A stretch of DNA of 64,000 nucleotides from Squalus acanthias (Eukaryota). Positions within the stretch are counted from its first letter, which is position 1; every line of letters begins with the position of its first letter. Shown in pieces: positions 24,988-36,957 of this stretch. The stretch lies in NCBI GenBank assembly GCA_030390025.1, contig JASTWF010000070.1, positions 620,001-684,000 on the forward strand, read 5' to 3'. The translations under genes were made by a program, and so were the position numbers. A model generated the notes under the pieces. It worked only from the letters and a program-made list of their open reading frames with translations. It did no database searches and was not told the DNA's origin.

Positions 24988-26219
24988 GAACCCGGAGGGT
25001 TTCTATCGGATGGATGCGGGAGGAGACAGGACTTCCAAAAGAACCCACAGCCGGCGGGAAAAAGAATGGAGCCACGGAGACTCCCGTCAAACATCCAAAC
25101 TATCTCCCTGCATTCGCCAGAGTTTGCAAAGACTCTTTCTATTCAATGTAAACGAACGTGCTTTGAGTATTGTAAAGATATTCCACTGCATTAGTGTAAT
25201 TCAAGTGTGAGACCAACATTAAGAGCAGGGACTTCTCGGTTTGGTCTTTCTCTGAACCTTTCCTGCTCATCCTGCAGCTCCAGTTAGTAACAACATTTTT
25301 TTTCCAAATGCTTGTGTATAAATAAAATAAATTATTCTTCGAATGTAACGATGCACGAGAGGTTCCTATCGATCAATACTTCACTTATAATTAAATGTGA
25401 TCAGGATAAAACTTCAATGACTATTGAGCTGACAATATCGGTCCTGAATTGAGATACTGTTAGTGGCGATATCCTCTGTCTGAGAAGCCAGAGGCTTAAT
25501 CATTTACAGACTAAGATCACAACAGGAGAGAATCGCGGGCAGAATGCGGGGAATTGTGTCTGGTTCCATTTTACCTTTGGGGTCGTGTGTTTTGCTGTGT
25601 GTAGTAATGTCAAAACTACATGTCAGAGATAGATGGTGAGTGCAGCGTGGCTTGGGAGGAATGGGTGACTTTGGACCTGTGGTTTCCTAAAGCTCTCCAC
25701 CACTGGAGGTTTGCTCACGTCAGATCTGGGTCTCTTGTGGACTCGTGGATAGGGATGGATTGCCATGACAACCGCATTATCATTGCATCATGCGATTACC
25801 AGGATGGTAGAAGTTATGGCAACTGGCATGTTGGCCTTTATTGCACGGGGGTTGGAGTATAAGAGTAAGGAAGGACCTTGGCCCCTTCTCGTCTAGCAAT
25901 TCCTATGTTCAAGATCCCAGGTTTGCACAATTTTGGGAGAAGATATTCAACCAGAGACAGGATTGCATCATAGGTGGTTATTTTGCTTTATCCATCAGAG
26001 TCAGATCAGTCTAAGTATTCCCCTTCTGATTAGTTTGGAATCAGCATGTACAACCGAATGAGATTCAGGAGCAACAAAAACAGTTCCTGACAAAGACCCT
26101 TTCAAATCCATCTCTCAGAAACTGTCCAATAAATTACCTGAGGATTTGAATAAATTCCTAACAACCGTGTTCTCATTAATGTTAATATATATTGTAGGGC
26201 TCTATAAAGCTGATCTAAG

Positions 26220-28275
26220 TTCACCAGGACGATACCGGGGCAAAAAGGGTGAAATTCTAAGGACAGGTTCCATAGACAAGCCTTATATTCTCCAGAGTTT
26301 AGAAGATTAAAGGGTGAGCTAATAGAGGTGTTTAAGATGATTAAAGGATTTGATAGGGTAGATAGAGAGCAACTATTTCCTCTGGTTGGGGGGAGTCCAG
26401 AACAAGGGGGCATCACCTTAAAAGTAGAGCCAGGCCGTTCAGGGGTGATGTCAGGAAGCACTTATTCACACAAAGGGTGGTGGAAATCTGGAACTCTCTC
26501 TCCATAAAAGGTGTAGAGGCTGGGGGTCAATTGAAATTTTCAAAACTGAGGTTGATAGATTTTTGCTGGACAAGGGTATTAAGGGTTATGGAACCAAGGC
26601 GGGTAGATGGAGTTAACCTACAGGTCAGCTATGATCTAATTGAATGGTGGAACAGGCTCGAGGGGCTGCATGGCCTCCTCCTGTTCCTATGTTCCTTTCG
26701 CTAGTAGGATAATTAGTTCGGATTACTAAAAGGCAAATTGAAGACTGATTTCACAGCAACGGCCTCATACCCAGCTTTTAAATGTATATGAAATCGAAGC
26801 TTCGCCGAAATATATCATAGCATCTCGGCGAAACAGCCTTTGAATTTTACTCTTATATTTGACCGATTTTGTAATGTGAAGAGCGAATTGTGTTGCCGCT
26901 GCGTATTATTAACGTCACCAGCAAACCGCTTTCAGTCACAGCCGAAGGGTTCTGCTTTACAAAGTTACAAAGTGTTCACAGCACAGAAACAGGCCATTCG
27001 GAACAACTGGTCCGTGTTGGTGTTTCTGCTCCACACGAGCATTCTCCCACTCCTCTTCATCTCACCCCATCAGCATATCCTTCTATCCCTTTCTCCCTCA
27101 TGTGTTTATCTAGCTTCCCCTTAAATTCATCTATACTATTCTCCTCAACCACTCCCTGTGATAGCGAGTTCCACATTCTCCCGAGTCTCTGGGTAAAGAA
27201 GTTTCTGCTGAATTCCTTATTGGATTTATTAGTGACTATCTTCTATTTATGGCCCCTAGTTCTGGTCTCTTCAAAAGTCAAAACAACTTCTCTTCCTGTC
27301 AAAACCTTTCATTATCTTAAAGGCCTCTATCAGGTCACCCCTCAGCCTTCTCTTTTTAAGACAAATGTGCCTCAGCCTGTTCAATCTTTCCAGATGTGTG
27401 TAACCTCTCAGTTCTGTATCATCCTTGTACATCTTTTTTGCACCTTCTCCAGTGCCTCTATATCCTTTTTATAATATGGAGACCAGAATTGTGCACAGTG
27501 CTCCAAGTGTGGTCTAACCAAGGTTCAATACAAGTTCAACACAACTTCGCTGCATTTCAATTCTATCCCTCCAGAAATTAACCCCAGTGCTTGTTTTGCT
27601 TGTTTTAATGGCCTTGTTAACCTGTGTCGCTAATTTTAGTGATTTGTGTACCTGCACCCAAGATCCTCTACCCCATTTGAAAACGTATTTTCTAAGAACT
27701 AACAGATACTAATAGTGGGCAAAAGCCACCATAAATTTGCTGAAGAAATCACTTAACTGCATTATTAAAAAAGAGCAGATGGATTTAAAATAATTTACTT
27801 TAAATGATAAATGTGACTGAGTTCACTCCCAGATCAGAAACAGATAAAGCTCGGGGTCCATTTACACAAGAACATAAGAAATAGGAGCAGGAGTCGGCCA
27901 TTTGGCCCCTCGAGCCTGCTCCGCCATTCAATAAGATCATGGCTGATCTTCTACCTCATCACCAATTTCCTGCACTATCCCCATATCCCTTGATTCCCTA
28001 GAGTACAAAAATCTATCGCTCTCTGTCTTGAATATACTCAACGACTGAGCCTCCACAGCCCTCTGGGGTAGAGAATTCCAAAGATTCATCACCCTCTGAG
28101 TGAAGAAGTTTCTCCTCATCTCAGTCCTAAAAGGCCGACCCCTTATTCTGAGACTGTGACCCCTGGTTCTAGACTGCCTAGCCAGGGGAAACATGCTCCC
28201 TGCATCGACCCTGTCAAGCCCTGCAAGAATTTTGTATGTTTCAATGAGATCACCTCTCAATCTTCTAAACTCCAG
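26220..28275. mobile_element. Three CR1-type LINE 3' fragments: 26220-26695 (+), 26960-27690 (-), 27868-28275 (-)
   Basis: Typical RT C-terminal peptides and tails. Confidence 0.8.
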
Positions 28276-29193
28276 CTTTAATATCAATGCAGCCTTAAGC
28301 CAGAGGCAGTTCCTGAGCTGCCCATTCGGTCCTGAGCACCACTTTTGAACCGCACACATTTACTCTATAAATGTGCATTGTAAATCGGCGGTAGAGATAC
28401 ACTGAGCACATCTGGACTGAACGATCAAAGGGCTGGAATCACAAACACAATGCTGGAGTTTGAAAACCTGTTTTATTGTATTTGTAACTTCAACACTGAT
28501 GCATTGTAAAGATTATTTGAATTATATCGTGCTCGCATACAAAGACGCGAAATGAATCTATAAACGTCAATACAGGACAGGAGAAACATGTCGAGATTGA
28601 ACCGAAACTGCAGGCGATGTGTCATCTTAAGATAAGCAGACGATGTGAAAGAGAAATTTAAATATGTTTAGAATTACCGCTTTGGTACAAATTTCCCATT
28701 TGCAAAATGCGCTTCAAATTGCTCCGGTTATGTTCGGCGTTAAGACTCTCCAGTAGGCGATACGCCGGTTCTGCATTGGTCAGTCTCTCTTCCGAGTGAG
28801 GGTTAATTATTGATAAATGCACATCAAGTCGGTAAGAGAAAGTGAGATCGCCGCAGTGAGACGTCAATGAAGATAGCAATTGAACACTTTAGCTGCACGC
28901 CACCGCTTCCAATAGTCGGATTTCTGCGGTGCTTTGGGACTTGAACCCGGCGTATCAAAGTCTCTCGGAAGGGTTCACACCTCAGGGCTCTACTGCGCCA
29001 GTTGGTCTTCTGAATGAGTTTGCCAATTTCCTGTCAATGGATCCCAAAAGCACGCGGAAGCGGCACACAATTGAGGAACATGAGGCTTGAATTGTTACTG
29101 AGCAGCGTGTCTTTCTGATCCCACAATGAGAGCAAAGCAGAGGGAACTTTCCACAACACGTCATATCCGGCAGGCGCTTGCTTTCCTTTCCCG

Positions 29194-29238
29194 TCAGAGG
29201 GTCGGAACCGCATTAAACGCCAGGTGGGCGTAAAGAGT
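29194..29238 (-). CDS. Gene B terminal exon
   Basis: tgttttctctcatag|TLYAHLAFNAVPTL*, homologous to gene A ILYASLQF. Confidence 0.78.
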   Translation of the reverse strand, partial: TLYAHLAFNAVPTL

Positions 29239-32200
29239 CTATGAGAGAAAACAGAAACATTATCATGGCCCACATCATCATCATAGGAACAGAGGGACAG
29301 GAGGAGGCTGTTCAGCCCCTCGAGACTGTTCCGACATTCAATCAGATCATGGCAGATCTGTATCTTAACTGCATCTACCCGCCTTGGTTGCCTAACCCTT
29401 AATACCCTTACCCAGCAGGAACATATCAAAAAATCTCTCAGTTTTGCAATTTCCAATTGACCCCCAGCCTCAGCAGCTTTTTGGGAGAGAGAGTTCCAGA
29501 TTTCCACCACCCTTTGTGTGAAGAAGTGCTTCCTGACATCACCCCTGAACGGCCTGGCTCTAATTTTAAGGTGATGCCCCCTTGTTCTGGACTCCCCCCA
29601 CCAGAGGAAATAGTTTCTCTCTATCTACCCCATCGAATCTTCAATCAGCTTAAACACCACAATTAAATCACCCCTTAATATTCTATATTTGAGGGAATAT
29701 AAGCCTAGTCTGTGCAACCTGTCCTCATAATTTAACCCATTTAGTCCCGGGTATCACTCTGGTGAATCATCATTCTGCAATTTCAAATATCCAGATCTAT
29801 ATTTTTTTAATCTACGTTCGCAGTTTTACATAAAAGGAAAACAGTGCTAGCCTGTAGTGCTCACTATGCAATGTTTTATAGACTCGTTGACTATGAATCT
29901 TAAACATTGGGTTAAAATAAGTGCAAGGTATCAAAATTTAAAGATCGCATGGATGAACTACAGAATTTGTTCATCCCTGTCTGGCATAAAAATAAAACAA
30001 AAAAGGTGGCACAACCGTGGCTACCAAGGAAAATTAGGGATAGCATAAGATCCAAGGAGAGGACATATAAATTGGCCAGAAAAAGCAGCAAACCTGAGGA
30101 TTGGGAGCAGTTTAGGATTCAGCAAAGGAGGACAAAAGGATTAATAAAGGGGGGGAAATAAAGTATGAGAGTAAGATTTCAGGGAACATAAACACTGACT
30201 GTAAAAGCTTCTATAGATATGTGAAGAGAAAAAGATTGGTGAAGTTAAGCGTAGGTCCCTTGCAGTCAGAATCAGGGGAATTTATAATGGGGAACAAGGA
30301 AATGGCTGATCAATTAAATACATACTTTGGTTCTGTCTTCACAAAGAAGGACACAAATAACCTCCCAGAGATGACGGGGGACATAGGATCTAATGAGAGC
30401 GAGGAACTGAATGAAATCAGTATTTGTAGGGAAATGGTGTTAGGGAAATTGACGGGATTAAAGGCCGATAAATCCCCAGGGTCTGATAATCTACATCCTA
30501 GGGTACTTAAGGAAGTGCCCCAAGAAATAGTAGATGCATTGCTAGTCATCTTCCAAAATTCTATAGACTCTGCCACAGTTCCCATGGATTCGAGGGTAGC
30601 AAATGTAACCCCACTATTTAAAAAAGGTGGCAGAGAGAAAACGTGGAATGGTAAGCCTGACATCAGTCGTGGGGAAAATGCTAGAGTCCATTATACAAGA
30701 TGTAATAGCAGAGCTTTAGAAAACAGTGACAGGATCGGACAAAGTCAACATGGATTTACAAGCGGTAAATCGTGCTTGACTAATCTACTGGAATTTTTTG
30801 AGGATGTAACTGGTAGAATAGATAAGGGAGAACCAGTGGATGTGGTGTATTTGGACTTTCAGAAGGCTTTCGATAAGGTCCCGCATAAGAGATTAGCGTG
30901 TAAAGGTAAAGCACATGGGATTGAGGGTAAGGTACTGACTTGGATAGAGAATTGGTTGGCAGACAGGAAGCAAAGAGTTGGAATAAACGGGTCTTTTTCC
31001 GAGTGGCAGGCAGTGACTAGTGGGGTACCGCAGGGATCGGTGCTGGGACCCCAGCTATTCACAATATCTATTAATGATCTAGACGAGGGAACTAGATGCA
31101 ATATCTCCAAGTTTGCAGACGACACAAAGCTGGGTGGGCGTGTGTGCTGTGAGGAGGATGCCGAGAAACTCCAGTATAATTTGGACAGGTTGGGTGATTG
31201 GGCAGATGCATGGCAGATGCAGTATAATGTGGATAAATGCGAGGTTATCAACTTTGGTGGCAAAAACAAGAAGGCAGATTAGTATCTGAACGGCAATAGA
31301 TTGGGAGAAGGGGAAGTGCAACGAGACCTGGGTGTCCTTGTGCACCAGTCGCTGAAGGTAAGCATGAATGTGCAGCAAGCAGTTAAGAAGGCAAATGGAA
31401 TGTTGGCCTTCATCGCGAGAGGATTCGAGTACAGGAGCAAGGATGTCTTGCTGCAGTTGTACAGGGCCTTGGTGAGACCACATCTTGAGTATTGTGTGCA
31501 GTTTTGGTCACCTTATCTGAGGAAGGATGTTCTTGCCATGGAGGGAGTGCAGCGACGATTCACCAGACTGATACCTGGGCTGGCAGGAATGACGTATGAA
31601 GAGAGATTGGGTCGATTGGGCTTATATTCGCTGGAGTTCAGAAGAATGAGAGGGGATCTCATTGAAACTTATAAAATTCTAACAGGACTAGACAGATTAG
31701 ATGCAGCAAGGATGTTCCCGGTGGCGTGGGAGTCCAGAACCAGGGGTCACAGCCTAAAGATAAGGGGTAAGCCTTTTAGGACAGAGATGAGGAGGAATTT
31801 CTTCAGCCAGAGAGTGGTGAACCTGTGGAATTCTCTACCACAAAAGGCAGTTGAGGCCAATTCATTAAATATATTCAAGAAGGAGTTAGATATATTTCTT
31901 AAGGCTAAAGGGATCGAGGGATATGGGGAGAAAGCAGGGACAGGGTACTGAATTTGGATGATCAGCGATGATCTCATTGAATGGTGGAGCAGGCTCGAGG
32001 GGCCGGTGGCCTACTCCTGCTATCTTCTATGTTTCTATGTTTCTATGTTGAGCAAAAACAATTCTTTTCATATCTACCTCCTTCTCTTGTGCACGTGGTC
32101 TCGAATCGGTCAATTTCTGATCGCTCTTCGTGTTGCCTGATATAAAGAGAAACTTAATCTAAGTCTAAATGCACACATTTCACACTGAACCGACCCACTA

Positions 32201-35200
32201 ACATGTAATGAGTCAATGACACAATAAATGGATTGATTGGGAGCGCCGTGGAGTTGGAGCGCCTCCCGACAACCGCTACCTGACCGCCGGTTCCTGCAGC
32301 TCCTTCCCGCGGCGACAATAACCATCAGCAGAAGCAGAAGCGCCGCCGCCGAACTCCCGTAAAGCAGTAATCTGCAGTTGGTTTGTTGCGGGGGCCCTGA
32401 AGAAAGAAAAAAAACAACCTTTTATTTTTTTTAAATCCCGTAACCCGAGCTTTCTGGTTCTCGCATAAGGTTCAAGTAGGCCCACCACCAACTTCTCAAC
32501 CGCTAGGGATGGACAATTAATGCCAGACTTACCAGCGTCACCCACATCACGAGAACAAATTAAAAATGTTGCTGAAAATCATTNNNNNNNNNNNNNNNNN
32601 NNNNNNNNNNNNNNNNNNNNNNNNNNNNNNNNNNNNNNNNNNNNNNNNNNNNNNNNNNNNNNNNNNNNNNNNNNNNNNNNNNNNNNNNNNNNNNNNNNNN
32701 NNNNNNNNNNNNNNNNNNNNNNNNNNNNNNNNNNNNNNNNNNNNNNNNNNNNNNNNNNNACAGGCAGACAAATAGACAGACAGAACTATATAACCATGAA
32801 TCTATCGAAGGGTGGGACAAAGAAGGAGACTGAAAGGCCCTCCATGTTTGTGCCGGCTCTTTGCTAGATGGATCCAAAACTAATCCCATTATCCGGCTCT
32901 CTCTCCATATTCCTGTATCAATCCAAAACGAATCCCAAAGCCCACTCTGTCCCCTGGGATGCACCACTTCCAATCCTTCGCCAATCCGAGGAATACCCAT
33001 TTACCCTATCTCCTTATGTTTTGAATGTCATCTAACTTTCCATCCATGCTGCCACATCTCCTTCACACCAAACCCCTAAATTGTTTCCTAACAGCCTTCT
33101 TGTGCGACACTTTATCAAACGCCTTCTGGAATTCCATACACGTTACATCTACTGCAATCCCTTTAACTATCCAATCGGTCCGTTCCACAAAAGCTCTTTT
33201 AAATTTGTTAAACACGACTCCACTTTCACAAATCGCTGCTGGTTGTCCTTAACTAGCCCAGCCATTTTTAAATGCTCACCACAGTCAGTTCAAATTACGG
33301 ATTCTAAGTGTTTGTCCGCAACTCATCTGATATATGGTAGCCCAAGTGACACCTTTCTCCTCTCTTAGATGAAACGTTAGACAGAAACCGTTTGGGTCGG
33401 AAGAATAAGGAGGTCACATACTCCTTGGAAAATAAGTGTCTAAATGGAGCAGAGGAGCAGTGGGATCTGGAGGTACAGATACACAAATCACTAAAAGTAG
33501 CGACGCAGGTTAATAAGGCCATAAAAGCAAACCAAGAACTGGGGTTCATTTCTAGAGGGATAGAATTGAAAAGCAGAGAAGTTATGTTAGATTTCTGTAG
33601 AACCTTGGTTGGACCACACTTGGAATACTGAGAACATTTCTGGGTTCCATATTATAAAAAGGATATAGAGACACTGGAGAAGATACAAAAAGATTTACTA
33701 GGATGATACCAGAATTGAGACGTTATGCCTATCAGGAAAGATTGAACAGGCTGGGCTCCTTTCTCGACAAAAGTGAAGACTGAGAGGTGACCTGATAGAG
33801 GACTTTAGATTATGAAAGGGTTTACATAGGATTACATAGGATATACGGCACAGAAACAGGCCATTCGGCCCAACCAATCCATTCCAGCGTTTATGCTCCA
33901 CTCGAGCCTCCTCCCGTCTTTCCTCATCTAAATCAATCAGCTTATCCCTCTATTCCCGACTCCCTCACATGCTTGTCCAGCCTCCCCCTTCAAATGCATC
34001 TATACTATTCGCTTCAACCACTCCCTGTGGTAGCGAGTTCCACATTCTCACCACTCTCCGGGTAAAAAGTTTTGTCCTGAATTCCCTAATGAATTTCTTG
34101 GTGACTATCTTATATTGATGGCCTCTAGTTATGCTCTACCCCACAAGTGGAAACATTCTCTCGCTATCTACTCTGTCAAAACCTTTGATAGGGTCGACGT
34201 AGAGAAGATCGTTCCATTTGTGGTGGGGGGTGGGGGCGCTTGGGATCAGAACTCGGCGCCACAAATAAAAGATAGTTACTATTAAAACCAATTGGGAATT
34301 CAGGAGAAACTTCTTTACCCAGAGAGCGGTGAGAATGTGGAACTCGCTACCACAGACAGTGGTTGAGACGAATAGCACAGATGCATTTAAGGGGAAGCTG
34401 GATAAATACATGAGGGAGAAATGAATAGATGGATATTGATGGGTTTATAATGAAGTGGGATGGGAGGGCACTCGTGTGGAGCATAAACACCGGCACGGAC
34501 CTGTTGGGCCGAATGGCCTGTCGCTGTGCTGTACATACTGTGTAATACAGATACCTACATACAGGCATCGAGAGAGAAAGTGATAAACTGGAAATGGCAA
34601 TTATATTTTCCAATTTTACGCATGGACAGCTCAGACAGATTCCTTCTCTCCCACCATATACGTATGGCCTAGCTAGACAGATGGACTTTATAATTCAGAA
34701 AGCTCAACACTGCAACATTGAGAGATGTAAATGATTGGGTAATTCTACATGGACACGCAGAAAGGGAGAGACTTTGAATGTATAAAGTGATATTGCGAAC
34801 AATTAACTCTTACATCAGCACGGAAGATATTAGTAAAGTGTCACTGCCAATAGTTACCTCTCTGAGATGAGACACTTTCACTGATCAGATCCCCAGTGGA
34901 GTTGATTGGAACGGCGCAAGTACAGACAGCGCCGCTGCTCCAAGTTTCCGCCGAGACGCTGATGTGACTCCTTACAGTGTAGGTCCCGTCCGGGTCTATT
35001 GTCCCAGAATCGCTCGGTTCCTCGGTAACCTGTCCGGAAACATTCCAGCGAACGGGAAGGGAACCGGGAGACATGCTTTTCACCAAACACATCAATGGGA
35101 CCCTTTCCAGCGAGGGAATTTCATCCGGCGGCGGAGCTAAGAGAAAGATTTCCGGAGACCCTGGCGAGTTTGGGGGGTTAAGGTACCATTAATATTCGAC

Positions 35201-36257
35201 GTAAATTGGTCGTTATTTATGATGAAATGAGTAAAACAATCGCAATTCTTACCTGCAATGAGCAATTTCGAGCCGTTTCCGAATATCAAGGGCATTAGGC
35301 TATATTTCTTAGCTGCGCAGTAATACACCCCCGAATCATTCCTCTGGACATCTTTCACAATCAGAGAGTAAATACTGGATTCGTTGTTAACTTCTCCGGA
35401 AAATCTTCCTTCAGGAGGCATGTACTTTCCCACGGTGTAAACTAGCTGTAGATGCTCTCGGTGCTGCCGCTTGTACCAGTGCACAGCTTCTACTGCTAAC
35501 CAACCCGTGTGACAATCCACCTTAAAGATACTTCCAACGGAGACAGCCTGAACCGGAGGATTCTGGCGGAAAACTTCCTGACAGACAATAACTGAGAGAA
35601 GAACATGTTCACAAGAGGGTCTGATACACGGCAGAAATAAACACCGCTTCCTAAAAAGAAACGGGTACGGCAGTAAACTGTGAATAGGAACATCCGATCA
35701 TTAATGACCATGGATACTAATATCTAAATGACTCAAATGATGGGGGTTAAAATTGAGTCTATAACAGGAGAAGGAATGAAAGGAAGAAAGAAAGGAAGTA
35801 CGATCTTTACAGCTAATGAATTACCTTTTGCTGTGTAGTCACTGTTGTAATATAGGAAACGCGGCAACCAAATTGCGCACAGCAAGCTCCCACAAACAGC
35901 AATATGGTAATGACCAGGTAATCTGTGATGTTGATTGAGGAATATAATATTGGCCCCAGGATACCGAGGAGAACTCCCCAGCTCTCCTTCCAATAGTGGC
36001 CGTGGGATCTTTTCGCTCCACCTGAGAGGGCAGACGGGACATCCAATAGATGGAAAATATTGACATTTGGTCTAATTTCATTCGCCTGAGATAATCCAGT
36101 CCTTCAACATGACAATAATATTAGAGAATACAGCGCGCTATCTTCTACTTGTCTGACTAGCTCAATGATCTTACGCTTGAATTCCGCCATGTATTAGAAG
36201 CACATAAGACTGACCTGGAAAGAGATGGAACAGCGCGCAGGGAGTTAAGAAGCTCAT
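29194..36257 (-). CDS. Gene B: non-rearranging VJ-C1-TM receptor with ITIM/ITSM-like motif, whole gene, 301 aa. Exons 36257-36215, 35591-35253, 35160-34858, 32396-32280, 32136-32078, 29238-29194
   Basis: GT-AG junctions, phases 1,1,1,1,0, 906 bp open frame. Terminal TLYAHL motif. AATAAA (-) at 28472-28477. Confidence 0.85.
29900..32047 (+). mobile_element. 5'-truncated CR1-clade LINE in the last intron of gene B
   Basis: RT ORFs of 353 and 216 aa (YLDFQKAFDKVPH, SKFADDTKLGG); (tctatgtt)n tail. Confidence 0.95.
32078..32136 (-). CDS. Gene B cytoplasmic exon
   Basis: tttctctttatatcag|GNTKSDQKLTDSRPRAQEKE|GTAGAT. Phase 1>0 bridges the TM and terminal exons. Confidence 0.75.
32280..32396 (-). 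CDS. Gene B transmembrane exon
   Basis: Long pyrimidine-tract acceptor; GPPQQTNCRLLLYGSSAAALLLLLMVIVAAGRSCRNRRS. Confidence 0.85.
32584..32759. other. Assembly gap (N run) in the gene B C1-TM intron
   Basis: Run of n. Confidence 1.
32785..34545. mobile_element. Nested degenerate CR1-type LINE fragments on both strands
   Basis: RT remnants (-) at 32785-33290; 3' fragments at 33390-33820 (+), 33825-34190 (-), 34180-34545 (+). Confidence 0.7.
34858..35160 (-). CDS. Gene B C1-set exon
   Basis: SPEIFLLAPPPDEIPSLERVPLMCLVKSMSPGSLPVRWNVSG..DGTYTVRSHISVSAETWSSGAVCTCAV..SSQR. 92-bp intron from V. Confidence 0.92.
35253..35591 (-). CDS. Gene B V exon with built-in J
   Basis: IVCQEVFRQNPPVQAVSVGSIFKVDC..VHWYKRQ..SLIVKDVQRNDSGVYYCAAKKYSLMPLIFGNGSKLLIA. 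FGxG motif, GTAAGA donor, no RSS. Confidence 0.92.
36215..36257 (-). CDS. Gene B leader exon
   Basis: MSFLTPCALFHLFP+G, CAG|GTCAGT donor, phase 1. Confidence 0.7.
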
Positions 36258-36957
36258 TGTCGGCGACCGAGGTGCTTGCTGTGAGCTGCACACTGAACAC
36301 TTTGCTGGGATGTCTTTGCGCTGGGCCCGGCTCGCAAGAGATGTGAAAGGCAGAGCTGCGGAAATTGCGTGCTTGCGTTTTAAAAATAGCAGGCTGGAAA
36401 ATACAGCGCAATGGCAAGGCTCGCTGCGGGTTTCCTGTTGACACATTAAACGCCCACGCACAGGTCTGCCTGCAAAGGGCAATGCATTCCAGCTCGTGTT
36501 AAACAGGCGTGAAAGGCGGCGTGCAGTGCAGGCTGATTAAACTATGAACTGAAGGCAGGCAGTGCTGAATTGCACACACCGGACTGCTTGTGTCATTCGT
36601 GTGGGCGCGAGGGCATGATCCTATTCCGAGTGTTGCTTTTTATTGGTCCAGAACCCATTCATTCATACACCCTTACTTGTACCAACAAAAATAGACCAGA
36701 TTGAAGAAAGGTGCAATCATCTGTTATTATACCAGCCGCGGCTCAGTGGGCAGCACTCTCGCCTCCGAGTCAGAAGGTCGTGGGTTCAGAGTTCCACTCC
36801 AGAGACTTGAGCACAAAAATCTATGCCGACACGCCAGTGCCAGTATTGGGACGTGCTATATGAGGTGACAGTCTTTCTTTCTTTAACTGTTTCACCCAGT
36901 ATCTGAATGCTGCCTGTCTCTTTGTTGCAGGATTTGATCCTGTTACTCATTCTGTGT

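Noticed and set aside
24869-25210. 113-aa ORF overlapping the ITIM exon
   Set aside because: It starts in the intron and has no recognisable features; the phase-0 frame after the acceptor gives the ITIM that is homologous to gene B.
32520-33000. ORFs spanning the N run
   Set aside because: Artefacts of the assembly gap. A small exon hidden in the gap cannot be excluded, but the C1 and TM phases already match.
36730-36810. tRNA-like A/B box sequence
   Set aside because: SINE head, not a complete tRNA cloverleaf.
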